In this document: positions 1-11,466 of the stretch, piece by piece | Position numbering within the stretch: position 1 is the stretch's first letter | Layout: every line of letters begins with the position of its first letter | Assembly: GCA_043228905.1 (NCBI GenBank) | Contig: JBHGNT010000011.1 | Location: 8,432,001 to 8,496,000, forward strand | Source: Azolla caroliniana | Lineage: Eukaryota > Plantae > Polypodiophyta | DNA: 64,000 nt | Reading direction: 5' to 3' | Made by a program: the position numbers and the translations under genes | Notes under the pieces: model-generated | The model's database searches: none | What the model was told of the DNA's origin: nothing | What the model saw: only the letters and a program-made list of their open reading frames with translations

Positions 1-270
1 GGTTTAGGGTTTCTGATTACAAATTTCAGATTACAAGTTTCTGGTTACAAATTTCTGATTACTGTCGCAATGTGTTGTAATTTTGCACCAATTGTCATGA
101 CAAATTCTTATTAGGGTTTCAAAATTTTTAAGTGGTTGATTTCTAATACATGTTGAAAAGGACAGATTACACATTTCAGATTACTATCTCAAAGTGTTGT
201 AATTTTGCACCAAATTCACATTAAAAATTATGTTTTTGCACCAATGCTGATTACTGATTTTCTATTTCAG

Positions 271-1340
271 GTGGCTCGTTCCTCCCTATCCTAGAGTGTT
301 GAACTTCGCAAAATTTTGCGAGACAAAGAAGAACTTTCACAACATATATGGTCTATCGCTCAAGGGTATTGAACCTGTTGTTCTAACAAATAGATTGATT
401 AGTGATGCAGACTGGATGTCAGTATATAAAGTGCCTAGAGTGAAAGGCAAGCTCAAGCTCAAGCATGTACGACCGACCGGACTTGGACGACGACTGCATG
501 AGACTGCACCAAAAAGTACATCAAGAGATCCCGGTCAACGAGTTGTCCGTTTCATTTGCCAGAGTATTGCAAAACAACGAAGGAATCTCGTGACCCTGAA
601 ACGTACAGGGTAGCTTGGGCAATTTGGTAGAAAGATGCCGGAAGATGGGGAGCTTGCAACAAAAAATGGCAAGATTTTGGAGCATGGCAGTTGATGATGC
701 AACTACCAACTCCCAACAAACCCACAAGTATACGCCACACCGACACACAATGAAAGCCAATGTCGATGATACAGGTGAGACATTGATTAACTATATGCTA
801 AAAAATGTCCAGGAAGCCTGTGAGACATTGGAGTTTTTTAAGACTGATTTAGAGAAAGCAACATTGAGCAGAGTCACTTTGGCAATTACAACAATAAAAA
901 ATAAGCTTCAGGTACCTATTGTTTTGTTAGTATGTAATATGTTATAAATAACTTGTACACGAAAATGTGCTAGTGAGGCATTATTTGGAACAGGTTGCTC
1001 CACACGAGCTTGAAATTGAGGGGTTGCAGGATCCCCAACGGAAAATTCAACTGCAGACAGAGATCCAAGTTCTTTCAATGAACCTAGACCTTCTAGGTGT
1101 AAATATTGTTGCTAATTACAATTTGGACAAGCTACAAGTCAATTAATGATTCTTGTTTCTTGTTGTTGTATCTTCCTCATTAAGAAATAATTAATTGGTA
1201 AATTTCTTAGCTGCATTGAAGGAACAATACTCCCGTCAAGAATAGGTAGTTAGTTGCCTTAAGAAGAAACTACATTTTGTGGAGGGGATGGTAAGGAGCA
1301 GACAAGATTTGGACCTGAAGATTCTTGCTCCCTTACGAAA
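271..1340 (+). pseudogene. Degraded spliced gene of unknown function, possibly TE-associated, with a coiled-coil-like C-terminus
   Basis: There is an acceptor at 270 (TTTCTATTTCAG). GT-AG introns at 912-993 and 1097-1210 join the 615-frame ORF in frame: ...KNKLQ|VAPHELEIEGLQDPQRKIQLQTEIQVLSMNLDLL|AALKEQYSRQE*VVSCLKKK. Exon 1 changes frame between the 296 and 615 ORFs, and exon 3 has a premature TAG. No domain recognised. Confidence 0.45.
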
Positions 1341-1344
1341 TGAA

Positions 1345-2070
1345 GGAGAACCAAGAAATGATATAAGAGTTGGAATGAATCGGAGGCACCCTATTCGGAA
1401 GAGGCCTTTGATTCGAAGGAGTTGAATCAACAGAAGGCCAAACGAACTAGAAGGTAGTGAAAGTTGACACCGAGACGGAGGAACCAACGGGTCGAGAAGC
1501 GCCAAAGTCACAACAACGAAGGAGCTGAGATGGGCCTTATGAACAGGCAAGCGGACTGAGAAGGTCAAGGTTTGCGGAATCGGATGGGTCGTGGAAAGCA
1601 GGACCGGACGTGTCGAGGAGCGCGAGCAAGGCGAGAAGATGCTAGGAGGAGCCGGAGGGAGGGACCGGCAAACACTAACACCACGATCCAAACTCAAGTT
1701 GAGCTTGATGGGGAGTGTTGAGCGAGCATGCTCAACCTGATCCGGATCAGTATTTGGAACGAAGAGCCCGATCGGTGTCCGAAACGAAGTGTAACTGGTA
1801 GACCATTAGAGGCCTATGACCCTAGCCTAATAAGTAGGCATATTTTTGGGAGTCTATGTCTAATGCTCTGTACGAGCATTGAAGTTCATGTCAGTACTTC
1901 TATCAGTCCTTTTAAGGACTTGTATAAAAGTGCTCACTAAGCACATTGTATGTAAAGAGTAATATTGTTTTGAATTTGAGTCTATGTTGTTCTACTCTCT
2001 CTATCTCTCCTGCGTACTCTGTGTGTGTGTGATTCAAGCTTTCCATTAAACCTTAGTTCTATTTTCTGTT
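1345..2070 (+). mobile_element. 3' fragment of a Copia relative of element A (3' tail, PPT, truncated LTR starting at 1716)
   Basis: 1378-1715 resembles the A tail at 10200-10467. The junction reads CAAGTTGAGCTTGATGGGGAG|TGTTGAG. The LTR shares blocks with the A LTR (GAGCATTGAAGT, GGACTTGTATAAAAGTGCTCACTAAGCACAT). Boundaries are approximate. Confidence 0.75.
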
Positions 2071-2277
2071 GTTATCCGAATGAGCCAATGTAGTGACGTT
2101 TTCATGCCACGATGAGAAAATAACCCCTACCAATTTATATGAGCTTATTCAAATCTTTGTAAAAGGTTATATAGAGTGAGAGGCCTCGATGAGTAGGAGC
2201 GTGTGGTGGTTTAGGTGTCGTGAAGGATTTGCTTCACAATAGAAAAACAAACTAAAATATTGTATTGAATAACATTT

Positions 2278-2338
2278 GAAAGACTTGAACCCATAACCTC
2301 ACATACCAAATACAAGGCATATACCATTAGGCTAGGTC
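2278..2338 (-). other. tRNA-like Pol III head (SINE remnant or tRNA pseudogene)
   Basis: The minus strand reads GACCTAGCCTAATGG...GAGGTTATGGGTTCAAGTCT, an A-box and B-box at tRNA-like spacing with T-runs downstream. No full cloverleaf or anticodon can be assigned. Confidence 0.4.
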
Positions 2339-2825
2339 ATTTATTCTTTTAAAATTATATTTTAATGTTTGTACTTATGCCATGTATATTTTCATACATG
2401 AAAGCTCAAATGAGTGGGATGTCTATCATGCATCACATGCATTTCATGCACTACATGCATGTCTTGTACCCTCACATGCATCATATGCATGGGAACACCT
2501 ATTTAAAGAGGGAAAGGGAAAAGAGTGGAGATAAGATGAGACAAGGAATATTATTGTAATAGGAGGAACAAGCTACATTATTGTGCAAGAAATATTTTGT
2601 AATCATCTTCAGATATCAATACAAGCTATTTCCATTTCTCCTCTTTCTTTGACAAGAAGCCCAGTGCTTACTTCCTGGATTCACGATTTTCTTTTCGTTT
2701 GCTCTCGTACGCCGAGATCGACGCAATAGTGGTGAACCTGACGTGAAACGGGAAGTTAGAGAGATGGAGAACCAATAAGTAATCTCGGAGCCACAAATCA
2801 ACCAAGAAGTCATTGTGGAGCCACA

Positions 2826-3509
2826 ATGGTGCTTCAAATGATTGAAAGAATGATTCAAAGCCAAGAACGTGCAACTGCTCTTCAACGAATCAATCATGCT
2901 ATTGACAAGCTTGTACAGAAAATAGGTTTCTTTGAAGGTAAAACTATAACTAAATTCTTACAAGTATATGTTACTGAGGTGGGTCACCGTAGTAAAGAAG
3001 ACAAAGAAGACAAGAAAATTTCGGTGATGGAGTTGTTGAAAGAGTTTGAAGCTCGTTATAATCAATTAATGTTGACCAAAAGGACTCTTTTGGAACAAGA
3101 GAAGTTCATATTATTCTTGAAGGCATCAGACCGATCCTATCAAGAAAAATTAGTTGCATTCCTTGAAGACTGGACTACACCCACTAGACTAGAGTCTCAT
3201 TGGAATCGACTACATGAAGCTTGCAACAGAATCAGCAAAAGAGCCCAATGGTGTGAAGATCTTTCTATTGCCAGAGCTATGAAAGATGAAGTGAAGACAA
3301 CCATCAGGGAGGATAGTAGGAGTTTGTCAACTATTTCCAAGGTACCCGAAACAGTGATGGACGACCTTATCAAAGGTATAAAATATCTTTCATTACATGT
3401 TGCAAAGCTACAAGAAGAAAAATCCTCGCAACAACCCCAAAAAGATTATGAAAGAAGATGCATATGGTGTGATAGCATCGACCATTCAAGAGGAGGGTGT
3501 GATAGCTAC
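2826..3509 (+). pseudogene. gag: G0 Gag with CCHC zinc knuckle, interrupted by element A
   Basis: ORF 2826-3515 ends in CIWCDSIDHSRGGC. The frame resumes after A as SYQEAIDRGVIFFKDGK. Confidence 0.75.
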
Positions 3510-3878
3510 TGTTGAGATACAAGCTCAACATTGGTCGGACCGGATGTGTAAACCGGTACGCAACGAGAAGCCGTAGCGGTGCGTAAACCGCGAGGCCGTT
3601 GGGAAGATATTCTGCGTAGGAATACATTTTGGGAGTTAGTGTAGAGCTCGCTTATGAGCATTGAAGTACATGTCAGTACTTCTGTCAGTCCGTATGGACT
3701 TGTATAAAAGTGCTCACTAAGCACATCCTATGTAGAGATTGAGTATTATTTTTGAATTTAGTTCTCCGTGTATTCTCTTTGTCTCTCCCACGTACTGTGC
3801 ATATACCAGCTCTCCATTAAACATGCATATTCTCGGTGTTCGGTTTTCTACTTGCTTCCGCACGCTATTCTTTTTACA
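3510..3878 (+). repeat. 5' LTR of A (369 bp)
   Basis: Direct repeat of 10468-10887 with a 51-bp deletion near its start. About 94% identical by manual count. Confidence 0.93.
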
Positions 3879-3960
3879 TGGTATCAGAGCGCGAGGGTTG
3901 AGAACCTTTGCAGCCGACATAGCTTGAAAAGAAAAACCAACCAAGAAGAACAAGTAAAAC

Positions 3961-6900
3961 TGATGGATAGAGGCATGGCTAGCTCGCTTCCGACGGAGAA
4001 GCTCGACAGAAACAACTACACATCTTGGTCCTACAAGATGCACCAGTACTTGCTCAGGCACGGTTACTGGAGCTATATCGACGGAGCAAATGACACAGCA
4101 CCCGAATTGACACACAGAGATTTCCCGGCGTGGGAACAGTCAGCGAGCAAAGTACTATACTGCTTCGCGTCTTGTCTGGGCAAATAGCTCCTAAGCTACA
4201 TTCGGGATGTGAAAACGCCGAAGGATGCTTGGGGAAATCTGAAGAAGATTTTCGCCGCAAGTACTACAGCCAGGAAGCTTCAATTTCGACAATAGCTGAG
4301 CAACCTACGACAATGCGACTTGTCGGTGACCGATTACACCTCGAAGATCAAAGATATATGTGACTCTTTAGCCTCCATGGATGTGAACGTCGAGGAAGGC
4401 GAGATAGTTCAGATTTGTCTCAGGGGACATGCGTCGAAGTTAGAAGCATTCCGAATTGTTGTGTGTACACGGGAGAATACGACGTCATTTTCGACTTACA
4501 GTCGATGCTCCTTATAGAGGAGAACCACACGGGTGCGTCAACGAGCATGCATGCTGATAGCAAGATGTTGTACACGGAGGGAGATAGGCCCCGTGGTTGT
4601 GGCGGACAAGCCGAGTCGGTGCGCAATGGAGGCGACCGACGGGACCAAGGAAGAAGGCACCGAAGTGATGCCGACAACAACTTCGGACCCTCCGGAAACA
4701 GGGGGAGTTGAGGCGATAAGAACCGGCAAGGGAGATCCGCCACAGAATGCTGGTATTGTGGCAAGAAAGGCCACAAGGAGAGCGAGTGCTGGAAAAAGCG
4801 CGCCGATTCGGAGAGAACCGGGTCCGGATCAGGTTCCAGACAGACCGACAAGGGTAATCGGCAGCGATCGCACTACGCCGAAGGAGCCAAAAAAGGGTCA
4901 GTCTTCGTGACGAGACACGAAGCAAACTCGATGAAGAAGAACACCCCGAAGTCTGACGAGGTGTGGTACGTCGACTCCGGCGTGTCAAACCACATGTCGG
5001 GCAAAAAGGGAAACTCATGAACGTGTTATACGTTTCGACAATCACGAAGAACTTGGTGTCGGTCGATCAGATCTTGGACTAGGGGATGCAAGTCTGGTTC
5101 ACGCATCTAGGGTGCTTCATTGAGGAAGAAGGTTGAGTTATTGCGCAAGGGCGTAGAGACAGGAGGATGTTTATCCTCGACTCTAGTGACGGTGGCACCG
5201 CAATGTTCGCGAAAGGACAAAAATTCGAGTCGGATATCGACTTATGGCACAAGCGGATAGGCCACGTCAACTATCAACAGCTTCGGGACCTGCAATCGAA
5301 ACAGGTGGTGTTCGGATTGCCCAAATTTAGTGGCCAGAAGGCACAAATTTGTGGCGCCTGCCAGCTAGGGAAGCAACACCGACTTCCTTTCCCTAACGAG
5401 CGTAACCGGAGCCAGAACAAGCTCAACTTCATACATTCCGATGTATGGGGCCCGACACAGAACGTTAGTCTTGGCGGGAGTCAATATTTTATCTCTTTCA
5501 TCGACGATTGTACGCGGCACACGTGGATCTACCTCATCGAGAAGAAGAGTGAAGTCTTCGACTATTTTCGGGACCTCAAAGGGTTCGTGGAAACGGAAAC
5601 AAGACGAAAGATCAGGTGCTTGCGGTCGGATGGCGGAAAAGAGTACTTTTCCGGTCAATTCAACGGCTATCTGCAACAGATGGGAATTCAACGCAAATTC
5701 AGTTGTAGATACACGTTGGAGCAAAACGGCGTGGCCGAGAGGAAAAATTGGTTGATTGTGGAAGCGGCACAGGCAATGCTGGAGGAAAAGAGCTTGCCCA
5801 AGTTCTATTGGGCCAAGGCGGTACGAATTGTGGTATACATCCATAATCGGATCGAAGAAAAACTGTCAGCGCATGAGCTGTATTTCGGAAGGAAACCAAA
5901 TCTGCGACACTTGAGAGTTTTCGGTAGCATTGCGTATGTGCACGTGCCGAAGGAGAAAACGAGGAAGTTGGACACAAAAGCCGAGAAGTGTCTCTTGGTC
6001 GGCTACTCAGACGAGCAGAAGGGTTATAAGTGTTATAACCCTCGCACCAAACAAGCGCACGTGATGTTGTATTTGACGAGTCTGCGTCCTGGTACTTGCC
6101 TCCAACTCCAGACCTCACCTCCAATCCGAGTTCTGACGATGAGGTCAGCGAGGTTGATATTCCTCCAGATGAGCCTGAAATCGGGAGCCGCGGAGAGAGT
6201 CCGATTTCGTTTCGGTTAAGCGGACCGAATGGACGACTAAGTCGCTTCGACCAGTCCAATGAAGAGCCGCCGAGTAGTGGAGACTCGGTTGTACATTCCC
6301 CATGCAGGAAGCTGAGGAGAAGGCTTAGGCGCAAGGAAAAAGGGAAGAAGAAGATGCTAGAGTACGGCTCAGATAAGGGCGAGTCAGATCGACGCAAGTC
6401 CGACTCCGAGGAAAGTGAGGACGGGTCTTCAGGAGCGAAGACTGCGTCGGCTAAGAAGGCCTCAACTTCGGCTAAAGAGCAATTATGCCGATCTACCCGC
6501 TAGAAGAACCCGTTTGTGTGGTTCAGTTACAACGAGTACATGGCGCATCACTATGTGTACATGACCCATGTTGCGGAAGTGCGTGAGCCGGAGAGCTACG
6601 CAGAAGCGGCGAAGGACGCGAATTGGCGTGCCACAATGGAGGAAGAGATGCATGCATTAGCGGAGAATGAAACCTGGGTGTGAAGCCGATCGGATGTAGG
6701 TGGGTGTACAAGGTCAAGTACAACAATGAAGGCTCAGTCAACCGATACAAGTCTTGCTTGTATCAAAAGGTTAGTAGCAAAAGGTTACATGCAGCAACAC
6801 GGCATCGACTACGATGAGATGTTTGTGCCGGTTGCGAAGATGATGACCGTCCGTGTCTTGCTCGCGGTAGCCGCGGCAAAGGGGTGGCACTTACCTCAGA

Positions 6901-7350
6901 TGGATGTAAAGAATGTGTTCCTACAAGGTGAGCTTGAGGAACAAGTGTACAACGTACAACCCCCCGGATTTCACTCTAGAACGAACACTTCAGCGGTGTG
7001 CCGATTGAAGAAGTCCCTTTACGGATTAAAGCAAGCCTCGCGTGCCTGGAATGCAAAGATAACACAACGATTGCGTTGGTTGGGCTTTGGGACGTCAAAA
7101 TCGGACTCCTCACTGTTGATCTGGAAAGGTCGACTCGGGCCGGTTAGCATTTTACTTTATGTTGATGACTTGGTCATCACCAGCGCTGACCTCGGTGAAA
7201 TTAACCGCGTCAAGCTCCAGCTTGCGGCATCATTCGACATGAAGGATCTGGGGGACCTTCATTACTTCCTTAGGATCGAAGTGATCTGCACCCCCGAAGG
7301 CATACTGATCAGCCAATGGCATTACGTGTTGAGTATGCTCTTCAAATTCG
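3961..7350 (+). pseudogene. pol: A gag-pol: Gag (TEKLDRNNY, CWYCGKKGH), PR (WYVDSG), integrase, N-terminal RT (LYVDD)
   Basis: Frameshifted ORF pieces at 3768-4187, 5167-6219 and 6726-7364 carry Copia motifs. Confidence 0.9.
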
Positions 7351-9850
7351 TAGTTATTGCGTAGTTGCGTAGTTGCGAAGTCTATGCTTCGGCTTGGGTC
7401 TTTCTTCGCGGCTTCGTTGCGTAGTTGCGTAATCCACGCGTTATTGCATAGTTGGTTCAGTACTCCCCCTCAAGCTTGGCAGGTCAAGGATTGTCAATCC
7501 GAGATCAGTCATTAATTGCCACAGTTTGTCAGCTCCTAAGGCTTTAGTGAAGATGTCGGCCATTTGAAGATTGGTGCTAATGTGTTGTAGGTCGACATCG
7601 CCAGCTAGAATGTGCTCTCAGATGAAGTGATAGTGCACTTCGATGTGCTTTGTCCACGTGTGGGACACCCACCGGGTTCTGAGCCAGATAGATACTGCTC
7701 ATGTTGTCGTAGGAAAGGGAAGTCGGATCCTTGATGGGTACGCCCAAATCCTTGAGTATCCTTTTGAGCCATACGGCTTCACATGCGGCCACTGCCGCGC
7801 TCCTAAATTCCGCCTCTGTGCCCAAAAGAGCGACGGTTCGTTGCTTTTTTCTGCTCCAAGATATTGCTCCACTATTGAGGGAAAAAACTAATCCGGAGGT
7901 TGATCTTCTATCGGCTTTGTAGCCGGCCCAATTGGCGTCTATGTACCACTCCAGTCGTATTGGCATCGCGGTCTTGTATAAGATGCCACAATCCATTGTG
8001 CCGCTCATGTATCGTAGAACTCGCTTAGCGCAATCCAAGTGAGTATCACGCGGTGTTTGCATGAATTGACTAAGGAGACCGACCAGATAACTGAGATCGG
8101 GTCGAGTGATCGTGAGGTAGATGAGACTCCCAATGAGTTGCCGATACTAAGTTGGCTCACACGCTTTGGTGCCGGAGTTCACATCCAGTTTGAGATTGTG
8201 ATCGAGCGGGGTTGCTAGGGATTTGCACTCATCCATCCCGAACTTGTATAACAAGTTGAAGGATGTAGTGCCATTGAGAGATCATGATTCCAGCCGGAGT
8301 CCTAATTACCTTGATGTCGAGGAAGTAGTGGAGCTCCTTCATGTCCGTCATCTCGAACTTGTCGGAAAGGAGGGATTTGACCTTATTGAGTTCGACGAGA
8401 TGCTCACCTCCAATGACTAGGTCATCGACATATAAGATGATGACGATCAGACTGGCGGAATCGCTCAAAGACTCTTGTGGTCTGCTTAGTCGGGTCGTGA
8501 TCGGACTTTCTTTGAACATGCACCTAAGGTGATCTTCATGCTCTATCTCTTGTTCGGCGGATTCCGGGTCGAGCGGAGTCGGAGTCGGAGTTGTCTCTGG
8601 TGCGTACCAGGATGCGGACTGGTCAAAAACGACGTCTCGACTTACTCGAGATATTCGAGTTGAGGGGTTTTAGCACTTGTACCCCTTTTGCTCCAGCGAG
8701 TATCCTACGAGGATACATTTCTCCGACTTCGGGTCAAGCTTTTGAAGCTTCTCGTCGGGAATGTGCACGTACGCTATCGCGCAGAATATCCGGGTGTGCG
8801 GTAAGTCCGGCTACTTTCCAAAGTATTTTTCGTGCGGAGTGACCTCGTGCATGCCGGATGTTGTACATCGGTTCATTAGGTAGACGGCTGTATTTGCAGC
8901 TTCGGCCCAATATGACTTGGGCATATGCTTCTCGTTCATCATGGCCCGCGCTACTTCGAGGATGTGCCGATTTTTGTGCTCGGCTACTTCGTTTTGTTGC
9001 GGAGTGTGTCGGCAAGTGAATTCTCGCCGAATTCCTTCCTTTCGGAGATACGCCATGAAATCGTCCGAGAAGTACTCCTTGCCACCATCGGATCGAAGAC
9101 AACGTACATGTCGGCCCGTGGCTTTCTCAACTTCATTCTTGAATTTTTGGAAGTGTCCGAACACTTTGCTCTTTTGCCGCATCGGGTAGATCCAAGTGTG
9201 CCTAGAGAAGTCGTCAATGAAGAGTACGTAATATCAGCATCCGCCGAATGTAGCCGTGTGCGCTGGTCCCCATACGTCGAAATGGACTACGTCGAGTAGA
9301 CCTTTGCTCACATTCCACTCTTTCAGGAATGGGTGTCGATGTTGCTTGCCGAATTGGCATGCTTCGCATACACCTTCAATCTCCTTCTCTTTGAATGTCG
9401 AAAGTCCGATAATGACTCCTTTCGATTTCATTCCTTTGACTCTGTTGAGATTGATGTGGCCGATTCGCTTGTGCCATAGCTATATGTTGGAGTCAGCTTT
9501 CATGCCCTTTGCGAACATGGCTGATTTCATCTCGTGTGAGTCGAGAATGAACATTCGACCCTCCCTTCGTCCGCGTGCGATGAGTTGGCCTTCTTTTTCG
9601 ATGAAGCAACTGCCTTGATTAAATCGAACTTGCATCCCTTGCTTTACAATTTGGCTAACGGAGACCAAATTCTTCATAATGCTCGGTACATGCAAGAAAT
9701 TTTTAATGTAATTTTTCTTACCTTCTTTTCCGAACGGAACATTGCCAATGTGCCGAATCGGGTGTGAAGTGTTGTCTCCGATTTCGACATAGTCGGGTCG
9801 GTCCAGATCTCGAAGTTCTAGGAACCATTCTTGATGCGATGTCACATGGT
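7351..9850 (-). mobile_element. LTR-less antisense fragment of a B-family Copia (PR end, IN, deleted RT, RNH, 3'UTR) embedded in A
   Basis: Minus-strand ORFs 7577-8062 (RNH), 8229-8519 (LYVDD), 8811-9182 and 9234-9431 (IN). It ends ADIFTKALG...LPSLRGS. No LTR or TSD. Confidence 0.88.
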
Positions 9851-10467
9851 ATCTTGCAACGGATCTGCGGACCGCCGACATCTTCACCAAGCCTCTTGGT
9901 CTAGACAAGTTGCGGCAATGCTCGGGTGCGCTTGGGTTGCGCCACTTCGACGTGCCGAACTTGAGGGGGAGAGATGTCCCAAATGACCATGGAAGGGGGA
10001 GAGAAGTTCCGGAAGACCGCGACGCCGAGTCGGATGATGAATTCGATTTCGGATCGAGTTGAAGAAGCCGAGGGCAGACTCGCGGAAGATTCTGAAAGCA
10101 GACATAAGGGGAACAGTCAAAAGAAAGAGCCGAAGCCAACCAAGAATGAGAAGACTGAAGACGAATTGGAGACAGCCAACTCGGACGAGAGCGAAAACCG
10201 ATCGGAGGAAGCCGAGTCGGTTCGGAAGTTTGATTCGGATACGTTGAATCAACCAAGGGCCAAGCGGAAGAGAAGGCAGCAGAAGAGGCGCCAACACCAC
10301 AACAACAAGGAAGCTGAGAAGGGCCATGTCAGGAGACAAGCCGACCGGAAAAGTCGAGACACGCGGAATCGAACGGGTCGAGGAGCGCAAGCGAGGCGTG
10401 AAGCCAGAAGGAACCGGAGCGCAGATCGGAAGAGCGGATGGAACCTCAAGTTGAGCTTGAGGGGGAG

Positions 10468-10887
10468 TGTTGAGATACAAGCTCAATATTGGCCGGATCG
10501 GCTATGCAAGCCGAGAACCGGATCGGTTGGGATCGATTGGTGCAAAAATCGGATGTGTAAAACGGTACGCAACGAGAAGCCGTAGCGGTGTGTAAACTGC
10601 GATATCATTGGGAAGATATTTTGCGTAGGAATACATTTTGGGAGTTAGTGTAGAGCTCGCTTATGAGCATTGAAGTACGTGTCAATACTTCGGTCAGTCT
10701 GTATGGACTTGTATAAAAGTGCTCACTGAGCACATCCTATGTAGAGATTGAGTATTATTTTTTAATTTAGTTCTCCGTGTATTCTCTCTGCCTCTCCCGC
10801 GTACTGTGCATATACAAGCTCTCCATTAAACCTGCATATTCTCGGTGTTCGGTTTTCTACTTGCTTATGCACGCTATTCTTTTTACA
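10468..10887 (+). repeat. 3' LTR of A (420 bp)
   Basis: Preceded by the PPT and followed by TSD GCTAC. Confidence 0.93.
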
Positions 10888-10892
10888 GCTAC

Positions 10893-11466
10893 CAAGAAGC
10901 GATAGACAGAGGGGTGATATTCTTCAAAGATGGTAAGATTCATTCTTCTGCAACTCGATTACCTCTTCAAACTAACGTTAGACGAGGTGGTATGAGAAGG
11001 ATTGTGGAAGATGCGGAAACAACTAATACACAAGATGTTTATCAACCAACAACTAAAGTCATCCATGTGGGTGGAGGACCTCAATCTGAATTTTGGCCAT
11101 GTATTTTCAAAGCTACAAGAAAGGGTAAAATCGAGTTTGAAAAGCTAAAGTTTGGAGGTGACGTCGTCTGAAGAAATACCGGTTGGGAAAATCCACTAGA
11201 TGGCCTCTCAGCTTTTGCAAAAGTTGCAACAAACCAGGCCCATGAAGTAATCATGGAAGAGAAACAGAAATGGGCGGAAAATGAAGATAACAAGAAGAGG
11301 GAGCTAAGAAGCGCTAAAAAAAGGGAGACGGAAAATCCAAAAATGGTAAGCCTCAACGTCGAGAAAGGTATGGATAAGAAAAGTCCCTCATTCAAATTAT
11401 TATCAGATATTGAATTTTCAACTAATTTAAAAAAAGTATTGGAAGAAAGAATTTTAGATAGCAAAG
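10893..11466 (+). pseudogene. gag: Continuation of G0 gag
   Basis: YQEAIDRGVIFFKDGKIHSSATRLPLQTNVRRGGMRRIVEDA aligns with J gag FADALRTNVVYLWNGRVHTSETRRALELNTGRSGMKRLMEEA. Confidence 0.8.

Larger units (their letters stand above)
2216..3509 (+). mobile_element. Gypsy G0, 5' part (candidate LTR 2216-2725, tRNA-Trp PBS, gag), same lineage as J and K
   Basis: PBS TGGTGAACCTGACGTGAA at 2730-2747 lies 4 nt after a CA. TGTCGTGAAG at 2216 matches the J/K LTR start. Gag motifs match J gag (AIDKLVQKIGFFEGK vs AIKSIVSTIGRFGGK; RCIWCDSIDH vs RCMWCDAIGH). The LTR start is uncertain. Confidence 0.75.
3510..10887 (+). mobile_element. Ty1/Copia element A (degenerate, carries an inverted internal capture)
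   Basis: LTRs 3510-3878 and 10468-10887 (TG..CA). TSD GCTAC at 3505-3509 and 10888-10892. PBS TGGTATCAGAGC (tRNA-iMet) at 3879-3890. PPT GAGGGGGAG before 10468. Domain order gag-PR-IN-RT-RNH. Confidence 0.95.

Noticed and set aside
1-13. Telomere-like GGTTTAGGGTTT
   Set aside because: Fewer than two units; not an array.
2365-2559. His/Met-rich 64-aa ORF as a metal-binding peptide
   Set aside because: Its composition is a by-product of CATGCA repeats, and there is no other coding evidence.
9480-10256. 258-aa minus ORF as a novel fusion gene
   Set aside because: It is a chance read-through across the 9850 junction, from antisense A sequence into the captured PR fragment.
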